In this document: in pieces, positions 36,026 through 45,216 of the stretch
How the letters are laid out: each line of letters begins with the position of its first letter
Numbering within the stretch: position 1 is the first letter of the stretch
Origin: a virus
Direction: 5' to 3' (one strand)
IMG/VR virus record: IMGVR_UViG_3300036828_000142
Span: 8,423-72,422 of that record
Length of the DNA stretch: 64,000 nt
Program-made: the position numbers and the translations under genes
Notes under the pieces: model-generated
What the model saw: the letters and a program-made list of their open reading frames with translations, nothing else
What the model was told of the DNA's origin: nothing
The model's database searches: none

Positions 36026-36231
36026 TGATCGTGGACTATGAAAGAGCCTGGCTGGAGTTGAAAGCCTATGTCGTGGAGAAGAACTCGCACGGTCAACGGG
36101 ACCTTCTCTCAAAGATGAGCCGCATCGAGGTGCAGTGCCGCCTGCCTGAAGGCGAGCGCAACTTCGACCCGACCCCCCTGGAACAACGGCCCTCTGCACG
36201 AGCACTCCGCGAGGTGACGCGGCATGGCTGA
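36025..36231 (+). CDS. Small hypothetical protein
   Basis: TGATG coupling; N-terminus duplicated in the upstream endonuclease. Confidence 0.6.
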   Translation: MIVDYERAWLELKAYVVEKNSHGQRDLLSKMSRIEVQCRLPEGERNFDPTPLEQRPSARALREVTRHG

Positions 36232-36276
36232 TCTGTCAAACCGTCGCGAGGCCATGCGCCCCGAAGGAGCAGTCCC

Positions 36277-36906
36277 ATGCCAGACACTGAGGACGTTCGC
36301 GTCCAAGAGCCTCCTGAGCCGCCCCAGCGGCCCGTAGCAGGCCGTCAACGGCAGCAGGAGCAGGAGCAGGCGCTGCCGCCACCGACCGCCCTTAGGGGGC
36401 GGGAGGAGCGCTCACAGGACGAGGAGCGCACCACGTCGGAGGTGCTGGCGGAACTCGCCGCCGACAAGCAGGTGTCCGAGAGCGAGGTGACCTCCGCGCT
36501 GGAGTGGTTCCTGTCGGAGGAGCCCGACGAGGAAGCCGAGCCGACGCACGTCATCGAGATCAACGTCGGGGTGGGTGACAACCCGAAGTGGGTGCAGTGG
36601 ATCGTCCGGCCCGTGGACTCCGACGAGCTGCGCCGGATTCAGCGCACCACGTCAGCGCTGCGTCGTCGTGGCCGTCAGGACGACCTCGCTATCGACCAGC
36701 TCGGGAACCTGAAGGTGATCATGGCCGGGTCTGTCGATCCTGACGTGGAAGCGCTCGCGCGGAGTCGCGGCGTCACGCCGGAGGCGCTGCTCCAGACGCA
36801 GTTCCGCCGCAAGCCTGGGCTGATCGCCCAGCTCGCGAACCAGATCATGGCTCTGTCCGGGTTCGATGACGAGGACGTGCGGGACGCGCTGAGCGCAAAA
36901 AACTGA
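36277..36906 (+). CDS. Tail assembly chaperone (XkdN-like)
   Basis: PG.I.QLA..I..LSGF; ends in a slippery site. Confidence 0.75.
   Translation: MPDTEDVRVQEPPEPPQRPVAGRQRQQEQEQALPPPTALRGREERSQDEERTTSEVLAELAADKQVSESEVTSALEWFLSEEPDEEAEPTHVIEINVGVGDNPKWVQWIVRPVDSDELRRIQRTTSALRRRGRQDDLAIDQLGNLKVIMAGSVDPDVEALARSRGVTPEALLQTQFRRKPGLIAQLANQIMALSGFDDEDVRDALSAKN
36897..36903 (+). other. -1 programmed frameshift site A AAA AAC
   Basis: X XXY YYZ directly before TGA; the -1 frame stays open to 37163. Confidence 0.75.
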
Positions 36907-37163
36907 TCAAGGCCGGGGGCGAAGCACAGATGCTGTTCCTGGCCTGGAGGTACGGCGGTGAGGACCCCTATAGGACGTACAACGGCCTTGACGTGGACTA
37001 CCGCCCGCTCGGCCATCCAGACCAGGAGCCGCGTTTGCCGCGCTACCCATCGCGGCTGCGGCACTTCCTGTACGGCGCGGGGCTGTACGCCTCCGAGATC
37101 GAAGCGAAGCTCGCTGCCGGTGGCCAGACCGCGAGGGTCGCGAAGGCGATGGGGAGGGGCTAG
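36904..37163 (+). CDS. Frameshift extension of chaperone (GT-like)
   Basis: -1 frame reads LIKAGGEAQMLFLAWRYG... up to the tape measure gene. Confidence 0.65.
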
Positions 37164-37166
37164 CTA

Positions 37167-40100
37167 GTGGCCGTCAGCCTCGAAGCGACGTTCATCCTCG
37201 TTGACAAGGCGTCGTCAAAGCTGAAGGAGATCGCGGCGCAGGCGAAGCTGACCGACAAGGCGCTGCGGGACATGGGCGGCGGCGGCAGCACCGGCATGGC
37301 TGGGTACCAGCGAACGTTCGCGCCTGTGACTCAGGGCATCGGCAAGATCACCTCGGCCACCGAGGACCTGAACGCTGCGACCAAGGACACGCAGAAGACA
37401 GCGGACGACACCAGCAAAACGGTGCGGGTGCTGGGCATGAACTTCGACCGCACGAGAGGGCTGCTCAGCAACCTCACGTCCCAGTTCCGCAAACACCGTG
37501 ACGAGTCCGGGCGGCTGTCGGGCATCTTCAAAACGCTCATAGGCCACGTCACGAACTTCGGCAAGGGGATCGACAACGCCGCGCGGAACATGCTGAAGAA
37601 CCACCCGGCGCTGGTCAACTTCGCATCGAGCCTCGGCGGGGTCGCCGGAGGGGTGAAGGGGCTCGTCACCGCGCTGCCGCTGCTGGCGACCGCTGCTATC
37701 GCGGCGGCACCGGCGATAGTCGCGCTCGGCGGTGCGATTGGTGCGCTCGCGGGGTCGCTCAGCTTCGCGGCTGGTGGCGGGGCGCTACTCGGCGGCGGGC
37801 TGCTCGGCAGCTTCGCGGTGGGGCTCGGCTCCGTCGTGGCTGTCGCGAAACCCGCGATCACGCAGCTAACGAACTACCGCAAGGCTGTGACGCAGCTCCA
37901 GACGGCGGAGCAGACGGGGAACGTGACGGCGATCAAGACCGCCCAGACGCGGCTCGATGCGATCAGCAAGCTGAACCCTGGCGTCCAGCAGCTCTCCCAG
38001 AACCTGAGCGGGATGGAAGCGGCGTGGAAGAAAGCGACCGCGCCCGGCCGCGCCGCGTTCTTCGACCTGGCGAACACCGCTATCGGCACGTTGCGCAAGA
38101 ACATGGGGTTCTTCGCGACCGAGGCGGACAAGAACACCAAGGCGGTCGCGGACGCTTTCAAGAAGAACCTCGGGCCGCTCGTGGACACGCTCAAGCCGAT
38201 GGTCACGATGCTCGGGAGCATCTTCCGCACGAACCTGCCCGGCTTCATGGCCGGGGTCACGAACATCTTCAGGGGGCTCTCGAACATCCTGAAGGTCCTG
38301 GAGCCGCAGCTCAAAACGTTCGGTGGCGGCTTTGACCGCATGACGAAACGGTTCGATGAGTGGACCAGCTCAGCCAAGGGCCGGTCGTCAATCAAGCTGA
38401 TGGGCGAGGAGTTCAAGCAGTGGGGGCGCATCCTCGGTGGGGTCGCGCGCATCCTCGGTGACGTGCTCGGAGCCGGAGCCCGCGCGAGCCAGGGAACCAT
38501 CAAGAACTGGGCGGACTCGATCCAGAAGTTCGCCAACGCGCTGGGTGGCAAGGGCGGCACCAAGGGTGTCCAGAACTTCTTCCAGGAGGCGATGAAGAAC
38601 GCCGGGAAGCTCGTCAAGCCGCTGGAGAACATCGCCAAGTCGCTCGCTCAGATGTACACGATCTACAAGCCGTTCGGAAACGTGCTGATCAGCGTGCTCG
38701 GCAAGTTCCCGCCAGCCCTGATCACCGGCCTGGCGACGGTGTTCCTGGCTTCAAAAGCGGCGATTGGCGCGAAGGCGGGGTACAGCGGCGTGCGCGGCGC
38801 GCTGTCCGGCTTTGCGGGCAAGGGCACACCAACGGACCCGATGTGGGTCAGGATCATCGGCAGCGGCGGCTCAGGGCTCAGCGGGCTTACCTCGACCAAG
38901 GAGGAGGCGGTAGCCGAGCAAGAAGCGAAGGGCGGGTTCTTTAGCCGGATGAGGAGCCGTGTCGGCGGCCTGTTCGGACGAGGCACGGCAGCGGAGACGG
39001 CGGTCAGCGAAGCAGAGCCGCTGCTCGCCTCTGGCGTGGCGGCGGAGGGTGGTGGGCTGTTCTCCAAGCTGCTTGGTGGAGCCAAGGGGCTGTTCAGTGG
39101 CGGCGCGTTGATGCGCGGTCTTCGCGGCGGGGCCACCGGGCTTGCGCTGTCGGCTGGGATTCCGCTGGTCGAATCGCTGCTTCCCAAGGGCGTCAAGAAC
39201 GTGCTGAACACGAAGGTCGGCAGAGGGCTCACAACGGTCGGTACGGACGCGGCGACTGGTTTGGCAATTGGCGGTCCGTGGGGCGCGGCGGCAGGCGCGG
39301 CGCTCGGTGGCGTCCAGGCGATGGGGTGGAACCCGCTCTCCGCGAAGGGGCGCGACAAGTTCGTCAAGGACATGGGCACCATGTGGGGCGGGATCAAGAA
39401 GGGCGCGGGTGCCGCGTGGTCGGGGATCACCAGCGTCGCCGGTACCGCTGCCGGGTTCGTCAAGAAGCACTGGGAGATCGCCGGGGCGCTCGCCGGACCC
39501 ATCGGGCTTGGTGTCACCGAGGGGATCAAGCACTTCGGGGCGATCAAGAAGTTCGCGTCGGGCATCCCCAGCTTCTTCAGCCACATCTTCGGCGGGCTCG
39601 CGGGGATCATCACCGCTCCGTTCAAAGCAGCGTTCGGGTTCCTGTCAGGGCTGCCGAGCAAGATCGGCGGGGTCGCGAAGAACATCGGCAAGGCAGCCTG
39701 GGGCGGGATCAAGTCCGGCGCGCAAACGGTCGCGCACGCTGCCAGTGGCGGCTTCCACGCGGCCACCCACGCGGTCGGTGGGGCTGTCAGCGGTGGGCTC
39801 CATGCCATCTCTAGCTTCTTCGGGGCGGACGGCGGCAGGGTGCCGTTCTCCGCGCCGGTCCTGGTCGGCGAAGCGGGGCCCGAGGTGCTGCACCTGCCGA
39901 CCGGCTCGCGGGTGACGCCGCTGAGCGGCCCGCACGCGGGTGGGTCGTGGCCGATGTTCGGGATGCAGACCGGGTCGCCGGTGCGACTGCCGCAACCAGG
40001 CCCAACCCCTGGCGGCGGTGGACTTGGTGGAGGTCTGGGAGGAGTCCTCGGGGTTGACCTGTCGCCGCAGGGAATCGGGCAGCTTGTCAGATCCATCAAC

Positions 40101-42002
40101 ACGCTGACGGACGCGCTGACGGGCCGCAACAGCTTGCAAAGCGCGCTGCAAGACGTGGGGACCGCGTTCGATGACACCAGCCAGAGCGCCCAGAACGACT
40201 GGCAGGCCATCGAGACGGCGACCAAGACCGCGCTGGACAACATCTCCGGGCAGCTCACGACAGCCAACGACACGCTCTCCAAGAGCTACGACACGCTCGT
40301 CTCGAACATCCAGAAGGCGATGAACAACGGGGTCAACGCCACCGAAGCCGGGGTCAACAAAATCTTCGAGGCGATGGCGAAGGCGTTCCAAACGCTTGGT
40401 GTCAGCACCAGCGCGTCGAAGCGTCTCTCGAAAGCCGGGTTTGGTGGCAAGGCGAAGAAGAACGCGACCGGAGGACGCCTCCCCGGCGAGCCCCAGGGTG
40501 ACCACCTGCCGCTGCTCGGGCGCGGCGGGACTCTGCTCGGGATCGCCGACGGTGGCGAACTGGTCGTCAACCGGCACACCGAGAAGCGCGTGGACTCGAA
40601 GCTCGCGGCGTACGGCACCACCCTCGGCCGCGAGGTCGCCGGAGAAACCAGGCCGCACTTCGCTGAGGGCGGGCGCGTCCCCGGCTACGCGACCGGCGGT
40701 GTCGTTGGCCAGGTGAACCAGTTCTTCAGCAAACGTGGGTGGAGCAAAGCGGCCATCGCGGGCATCCTCGGCAACGCCTGGCAGGAGTCCACCGGCAACC
40801 CGAACACGGCCGGTGGCGGAATGTGGCAGCAAATCTCCAACTTCGGCAGTGGAACCGGCGGCTCGCTGGAACACCAGATGGAGACGATGTACCCGCAGAT
40901 CGCGAGCCTGCGCGGGTCGATGAACTCCGCGACCCCGGCCGGAGCGGCAACGATCTTCGAGTCGCAGTTCGAGCGGGCCGGGATACCAGCGCTGTCGAAC
41001 CGCATCCGCTACGCGCAGGAGGCGTTCGCGGGGAAGCTCGGCGCGGGACTGACCGGCGGCAGCGGGTCGTTCGCAGGCTCCGTCCCAACGATCAGAGCCC
41101 CGAAGATCGGCGGGTTGCTGCCAGGCGAGATTGCGCAGTTGGGCCAGCAGGGGATCAACCTGGTCGCCGCTGCCGCGAACTCAACGATCCAGGCAGCGGG
41201 ACTCCGGGCAGGCGGCGGCATGGGCGGCGCGGGCGCAGCACCAATGACCGGGCCGAAGGCGGTGCAGGCGATGGTCCGCGAGGCCGACAAGATCGCAAGC
41301 CGCCGGTACAACTACGAGTGGGGCGGCGGGCATGGTGCCATCGGTGTACCCGGCCACGGCACCGGCCACGGGTCAGGACCCGGCGTTGGGTTTGACTGCT
41401 CAGGCACCGTCTCGGCGGTGCTGCACGCAGCGGGGCTGCTGAACACGCCGCTGACCTCCGGGCCGCTGATGAGCTGGGGTGCCCCCGGACCTGGCAAGCA
41501 CGTCACGATCTGGGCGTCGCCGGTCCACACGTTCATGGCGATGAACGGCCACTACTTCGGCACCAGCGGCTCGAACCAAGGCGGCGGCGCTGGGTGGATC
41601 GGACAGTTCCCCGAGTCGATGCCCGCCGTTCGCCACCCGCCGGGGCTCGCGACGGGCGGACGGGTCAGCGACCGGTGGGCCGGGCTTGACCCCGTCGAAC
41701 AGATGCGCCAGAAGCGCAACCCGTACGCGATCCTGCCCGACAAGGGGTTCGCGGGCGGTGGTCGCATCCCGTGGTTCGCGTCCGGCGCGGACTTCATCGC
41801 CCGGCGTCCGCAACTGATCGGGGTGGGGGACCATCCCAGCGGCGAGCGGGTTCAGGTCACGCCGCAGAACCAAAACCCCACGACGGGCCGTCCGGTCAGC
41901 ATCACGATCCAGAGCATCGTCGTGAACCGCAAGGGTGACGTGAAGAAGATCGTGGACGAGGAGATGCGGCTGCTCGCGCAAAGCCTCGGAGGTGAGGCCT
42001 GA
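37167..42002 (+). CDS. Tape measure protein with tail-lysozyme and NlpC/P60 domains
   Basis: Ala/Gly-rich helical body; AIAGILGNAWQES...FERAG; YEWGGGH..GFDCSG...HTFM. Confidence 0.9.
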   Translation: MAVSLEATFILVDKASSKLKEIAAQAKLTDKALRDMGGGGSTGMAGYQRTFAPVTQGIGKITSATEDLNAATKDTQKTADDTSKTVRVLGMNFDRTRGLLSNLTSQFRKHRDESGRLSGIFKTLIGHVTNFGKGIDNAARNMLKNHPALVNFASSLGGVAGGVKGLVTALPLLATAAIAAAPAIVALGGAIGALAGSLSFAAGGGALLGGGLLGSFAVGLGSVVAVAKPAITQLTNYRKAVTQLQTAEQTGNVTAIKTAQTRLDAISKLNPGVQQLSQNLSGMEAAWKKATAPGRAAFFDLANTAIGTLRKNMGFFATEADKNTKAVADAFKKNLGPLVDTLKPMVTMLGSIFRTNLPGFMAGVTNIFRGLSNILKVLEPQLKTFGGGFDRMTKRFDEWTSSAKGRSSIKLMGEEFKQWGRILGGVARILGDVLGAGARASQGTIKNWADSIQKFANALGGKGGTKGVQNFFQEAMKNAGKLVKPLENIAKSLAQMYTIYKPFGNVLISVLGKFPPALITGLATVFLASKAAIGAKAGYSGVRGALSGFAGKGTPTDPMWVRIIGSGGSGLSGLTSTKEEAVAEQEAKGGFFSRMRSRVGGLFGRGTAAETAVSEAEPLLASGVAAEGGGLFSKLLGGAKGLFSGGALMRGLRGGATGLALSAGIPLVESLLPKGVKNVLNTKVGRGLTTVGTDAATGLAIGGPWGAAAGAALGGVQAMGWNPLSAKGRDKFVKDMGTMWGGIKKGAGAAWSGITSVAGTAAGFVKKHWEIAGALAGPIGLGVTEGIKHFGAIKKFASGIPSFFSHIFGGLAGIITAPFKAAFGFLSGLPSKIGGVAKNIGKAAWGGIKSGAQTVAHAASGGFHAATHAVGGAVSGGLHAISSFFGADGGRVPFSAPVLVGEAGPEVLHLPTGSRVTPLSGPHAGGSWPMFGMQTGSPVRLPQPGPTPGGGGLGGGLGGVLGVDLSPQGIGQLVRSINTLTDALTGRNSLQSALQDVGTAFDDTSQSAQNDWQAIETATKTALDNISGQLTTANDTLSKSYDTLVSNIQKAMNNGVNATEAGVNKIFEAMAKAFQTLGVSTSASKRLSKAGFGGKAKKNATGGRLPGEPQGDHLPLLGRGGTLLGIADGGELVVNRHTEKRVDSKLAAYGTTLGREVAGETRPHFAEGGRVPGYATGGVVGQVNQFFSKRGWSKAAIAGILGNAWQESTGNPNTAGGGMWQQISNFGSGTGGSLEHQMETMYPQIASLRGSMNSATPAGAATIFESQFERAGIPALSNRIRYAQEAFAGKLGAGLTGGSGSFAGSVPTIRAPKIGGLLPGEIAQLGQQGINLVAAAANSTIQAAGLRAGGGMGGAGAAPMTGPKAVQAMVREADKIASRRYNYEWGGGHGAIGVPGHGTGHGSGPGVGFDCSGTVSAVLHAAGLLNTPLTSGPLMSWGAPGPGKHVTIWASPVHTFMAMNGHYFGTSGSNQGGGAGWIGQFPESMPAVRHPPGLATGGRVSDRWAGLDPVEQMRQKRNPYAILPDKGFAGGGRIPWFASGADFIARRPQLIGVGDHPSGERVQVTPQNQNPTTGRPVSITIQSIVVNRKGDVKKIVDEEMRLLAQSLGGEA

Positions 42003-43192
42003 TGGCCGACTACGACCTCGGGACCGGCGCGGGGCTGCACTACATGGGGGTGGTCGAGAACTACAACGCGCTGCCGGACACGGCCAAGACCGGACAGTGG
42101 TACGTCACGACCCACAACGTGATGTGGGTGTGGGAGGGCGCTGCTTGGCAGATCGCCGGGCGCTACAACCAGTACACCTGGGGGGCCCGCTACAAGGCGG
42201 GCATCGCGTCGGACCAGTATTACTTCAACCAGATCACGAAGGGCAAGAAGTCCTCCGCCGCCAAGCGCTACGAGCGCGAGGTCAAGGAAGGCAAGAAGCT
42301 GAGCCGCCGCGACCCGCCGCCAGCGCCAGCGGACGGGTTGAAGGTCATCCTGACGGGGATCGGCAACGGGCTGACGGTGGATCAGAACGGCCGGGCGCTG
42401 CTCCCCCAAGCGTTCGTGTTCCAGTGCTCCCCGCTGGAGCAGTACACGCTCGCGCACACGTTCAACTTCGGGACCTACGACACCGTGGACGACGACCAGT
42501 TCGCGCGGCGTGGCTCCCGGCAGCTCAGCACCTGGCAGTTCGACACGATGGTGATGTACCTCGGCGCGACCGCACACGACAAGCACTACCTGCCGGGCTG
42601 GGTGCCGTATCCGATCAAAGAACCGGGCGGGCAGCAGATGCAACGCCCCGAGTGGTATGTCGATCAGCTTCGCAACCTGTTCGTCGCCGGAGCACCGTTC
42701 CGCTACGTCGCGACGTTCAAGGGCTCGACCACGATCCACCGCACGTACGCGGTGCTGACCGCCTTCAACGAGGACTACCGCCACGGTGAGGGCGACGCGA
42801 TCTACCTGTCCGCCGTCAGCTTCATGGAGTGGCGCGACCCCAGAGGCACCCCGCCGCGCCACGGCGCGAGGCTCCCGGCGCACATCCGCTTCCGTGAGAC
42901 AGGCGGGCGTTACCTCGCCTACGACGTGAAAACGAACCGGATGGTCAAGACCCGCTCGAAGACGAACGGCACGACGTTCATGGACCTCGCACGCGACTTC
43001 TACGGCGACGCGGGGGACTGGCGCACCATCGCGAAGGCGAACAAGTGCCACGGCGGCTCGGGCAGCCTCCCGATCTTCAAGCAGTGGTTCCCGCACCGCC
43101 TGGCGAAAGGCAAACCGAACGTCACCGTCGTCGTGCCGACCAGCCCGACCCGCAAACCCGCTGAGCGCCGGACGGCGCAGAAGAAGGGGTGA
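42002..43192 (+). CDS. XkdP-like tail tube initiator with LysM-like domain
   Basis: TFMDLARDFYGDAGDWRTIAKAN; follows TMP. Confidence 0.7.
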   Translation: MADYDLGTGAGLHYMGVVENYNALPDTAKTGQWYVTTHNVMWVWEGAAWQIAGRYNQYTWGARYKAGIASDQYYFNQITKGKKSSAAKRYEREVKEGKKLSRRDPPPAPADGLKVILTGIGNGLTVDQNGRALLPQAFVFQCSPLEQYTLAHTFNFGTYDTVDDDQFARRGSRQLSTWQFDTMVMYLGATAHDKHYLPGWVPYPIKEPGGQQMQRPEWYVDQLRNLFVAGAPFRYVATFKGSTTIHRTYAVLTAFNEDYRHGEGDAIYLSAVSFMEWRDPRGTPPRHGARLPAHIRFRETGGRYLAYDVKTNRMVKTRSKTNGTTFMDLARDFYGDAGDWRTIAKANKCHGGSGSLPIFKQWFPHRLAKGKPNVTVVVPTSPTRKPAERRTAQKKG

Positions 43193-43195
43193 GCG

Positions 43196-44848
43196 GTGCC
43201 TGCGGTCAAAGCCAAGGATCGTCACAAGGAGGTCCAGCGCCACAAGAAGGTGACCGCTGCTGACGTGGGGTTGACTGACGAGGACGCCGCCAGGGTTCAC
43301 CGCAACCAGAAGCGGGCGACGAGCCACCTCCAGGATGAGCTTCGAGCCCCGGACTTCTGGAAGACGAGGCTGCGGACGTTGGTGCGGTGGGAGGGGCACA
43401 CCATCGACATCTCCCGGCTGTGCGACACGCTGACGTGGCAGGATCAGTCCTCCGACGATCTGCGGAACATCAACACGCAGGCGGCGATGACGGGCTCGCT
43501 GACGCTGCACAAACCAGCGTTGCGGGAGTACGACCGGCTCGCGCCGTTGATCTTCCCCGGCGAGTCGTTCTCCGCCCGGATAACGAAGGACCGCACGTAC
43601 CTCAAACCTGGTGCGATGGGCTCGCAGATCATCTGCCAGGTGGGGTACGGCAACACGTACACGAACCTGTGGGTGATGCGGGTCGTGCCGGGCTACAACG
43701 CCAACACGGCCGAGCAGGTCACCCTGTCGGACGGGTCGTGGACGCTGTCGCTCGCCGACGAGCTGTGGAACCTCGCTCAGAACGTCGCGGACTACAAGTA
43801 CACGAAGGGCAAGAAGATCCGCCCGAACGGGTGGCGCTGCGACGAGATCGCGCACGACCTGTGCCGCCGCTACCGCATCCCCGTGCGGTTCCTCGCCCAA
43901 GGCACCGCGTACTTCGGGCTCACGCACGCGCAGACGACGCTGACCTCCCCGATCCACGTCATCACCGAGGCGTACCACGAGGAGACGAAACGCACCGGCC
44001 GGACGTTCATCATCCGCTGGGGCGCTCCGAACAAGCAGTTCCCCGTCGGCGCTCTGGAGGTCGTTCCGATGCGCCGCAACCGGCTGCTGTACGCGCTGCG
44101 CGAGCAGCTTCTCGAAGCGACGCTCGGTCGCAGCCAGAGCGCTGACTTCGCGACGGTGATCGAAGCACGCGGCCAGATCGTCACCGGCACCAAGAAGAAG
44201 AAGACGAAGAAGGTCACCTACACCGCTTTGAACAAGCGCGCGATCCGGCGCAACGGGTGGGTGCGCAAGACGATCAACTTCGGGAAGGTCGAGTCCGAGG
44301 CGGAGCTGAAAATCCTCGCGACCCGGATGCTCGCGGTCAGGCTGACGCCGGTGCGCACGGCCGAGCTGACGAACCCTGGGATCGCGACGATCCGACGCGG
44401 CGACGCGGTGCGGATCAACCTGCCGGAGGAGGGCTACACCAGCGTCAAGCTGCTGCCGTACGCCGAAGTGCAGGCCAAGATCAGCCCGGCGCTTCGCCAG
44501 GCCGAGAAGCTCGACCCGTCGCTGTTTGACCTGGCCACCGCAAGCGTCGGCGCATTGGCCCCAAACACCTCCCAGAAGCTCCTGGACGCCAACGTGCCCG
44601 CCCGGCTGCCCGTCGCCGACCAGGGAATCGCGTTCGTCACCTCCGCCGTCCACAGCGCCTCAGCGGGGTCCTACACGATGGACCTTCAGATGGGATTCAT
44701 CGACGTGCTCGACCCTGCCGAGATCCGCGCGCAGGTTGACCAGGCCGTCCGCCGGTACAAGGCCGGTCAGAAGAACGCGGTGTGGACCGCGAAGCAGAAG
44801 GCGGCGGCGGCAGCCAAGAAGAAAGCCCAGGAGAAGAAGGGCGGCTGA
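43196..44848 (+). CDS. Baseplate hub (XkdQ/YqbQ-like)
   Basis: Synteny; IRRGDAVRI, SAVHS...YTMDL. Confidence 0.7.
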   Translation: MPAVKAKDRHKEVQRHKKVTAADVGLTDEDAARVHRNQKRATSHLQDELRAPDFWKTRLRTLVRWEGHTIDISRLCDTLTWQDQSSDDLRNINTQAAMTGSLTLHKPALREYDRLAPLIFPGESFSARITKDRTYLKPGAMGSQIICQVGYGNTYTNLWVMRVVPGYNANTAEQVTLSDGSWTLSLADELWNLAQNVADYKYTKGKKIRPNGWRCDEIAHDLCRRYRIPVRFLAQGTAYFGLTHAQTTLTSPIHVITEAYHEETKRTGRTFIIRWGAPNKQFPVGALEVVPMRRNRLLYALREQLLEATLGRSQSADFATVIEARGQIVTGTKKKKTKKVTYTALNKRAIRRNGWVRKTINFGKVESEAELKILATRMLAVRLTPVRTAELTNPGIATIRRGDAVRINLPEEGYTSVKLLPYAEVQAKISPALRQAEKLDPSLFDLATASVGALAPNTSQKLLDANVPARLPVADQGIAFVTSAVHSASAGSYTMDLQMGFIDVLDPAEIRAQVDQAVRRYKAGQKNAVWTAKQKAAAAAKKKAQEKKGG

Positions 44849-45216
44849 TGCTCCCACCAGAACCGTTCGTGCTCGACGCACGCCAGGCGCTGCTTGACGC
44901 CCAAGCACTGTTCGCGGGGTCGGCGGTGCCGCGCGGGTTCTTCGCCGTGAGCTGGTACGGCACCGCGACCTCCGACGAACGCGGAAGCTTCGGGATCGTT
45001 GACCCGGTGATGGGGCTCGCTGACTGTGTGGGCGAGGTCGTGGAGGTGACGTACTCGTCGCTGTTCGTCCGCCAGGGCCAGAAGACCGTGCGGGTGTACG
45101 TGATCGGCTCCGAACAGAACCTCGGCACGGACCTCTCGATCACCCGGCGCTGCTACCTGGAGCTGGAGCGGCTCGCGCTCGACCCGATCAACGCGAGCGT
45201 CGGGATCGTGCAGTGA
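44848..45216 (+). CDS. Hypothetical baseplate-region protein
   Basis: TGATG coupling. Confidence 0.6.
   Translation: MLPPEPFVLDARQALLDAQALFAGSAVPRGFFAVSWYGTATSDERGSFGIVDPVMGLADCVGEVVEVTYSSLFVRQGQKTVRVYVIGSEQNLGTDLSITRRCYLELERLALDPINASVGIVQ

Noticed and set aside
41852-44653. Long antisense ORFs (also 21838-23664, 26955-28271, 38663-40282, 48641-50548)
   Set aside because: Shadow frames of high-GC genes, with no motifs or RBS
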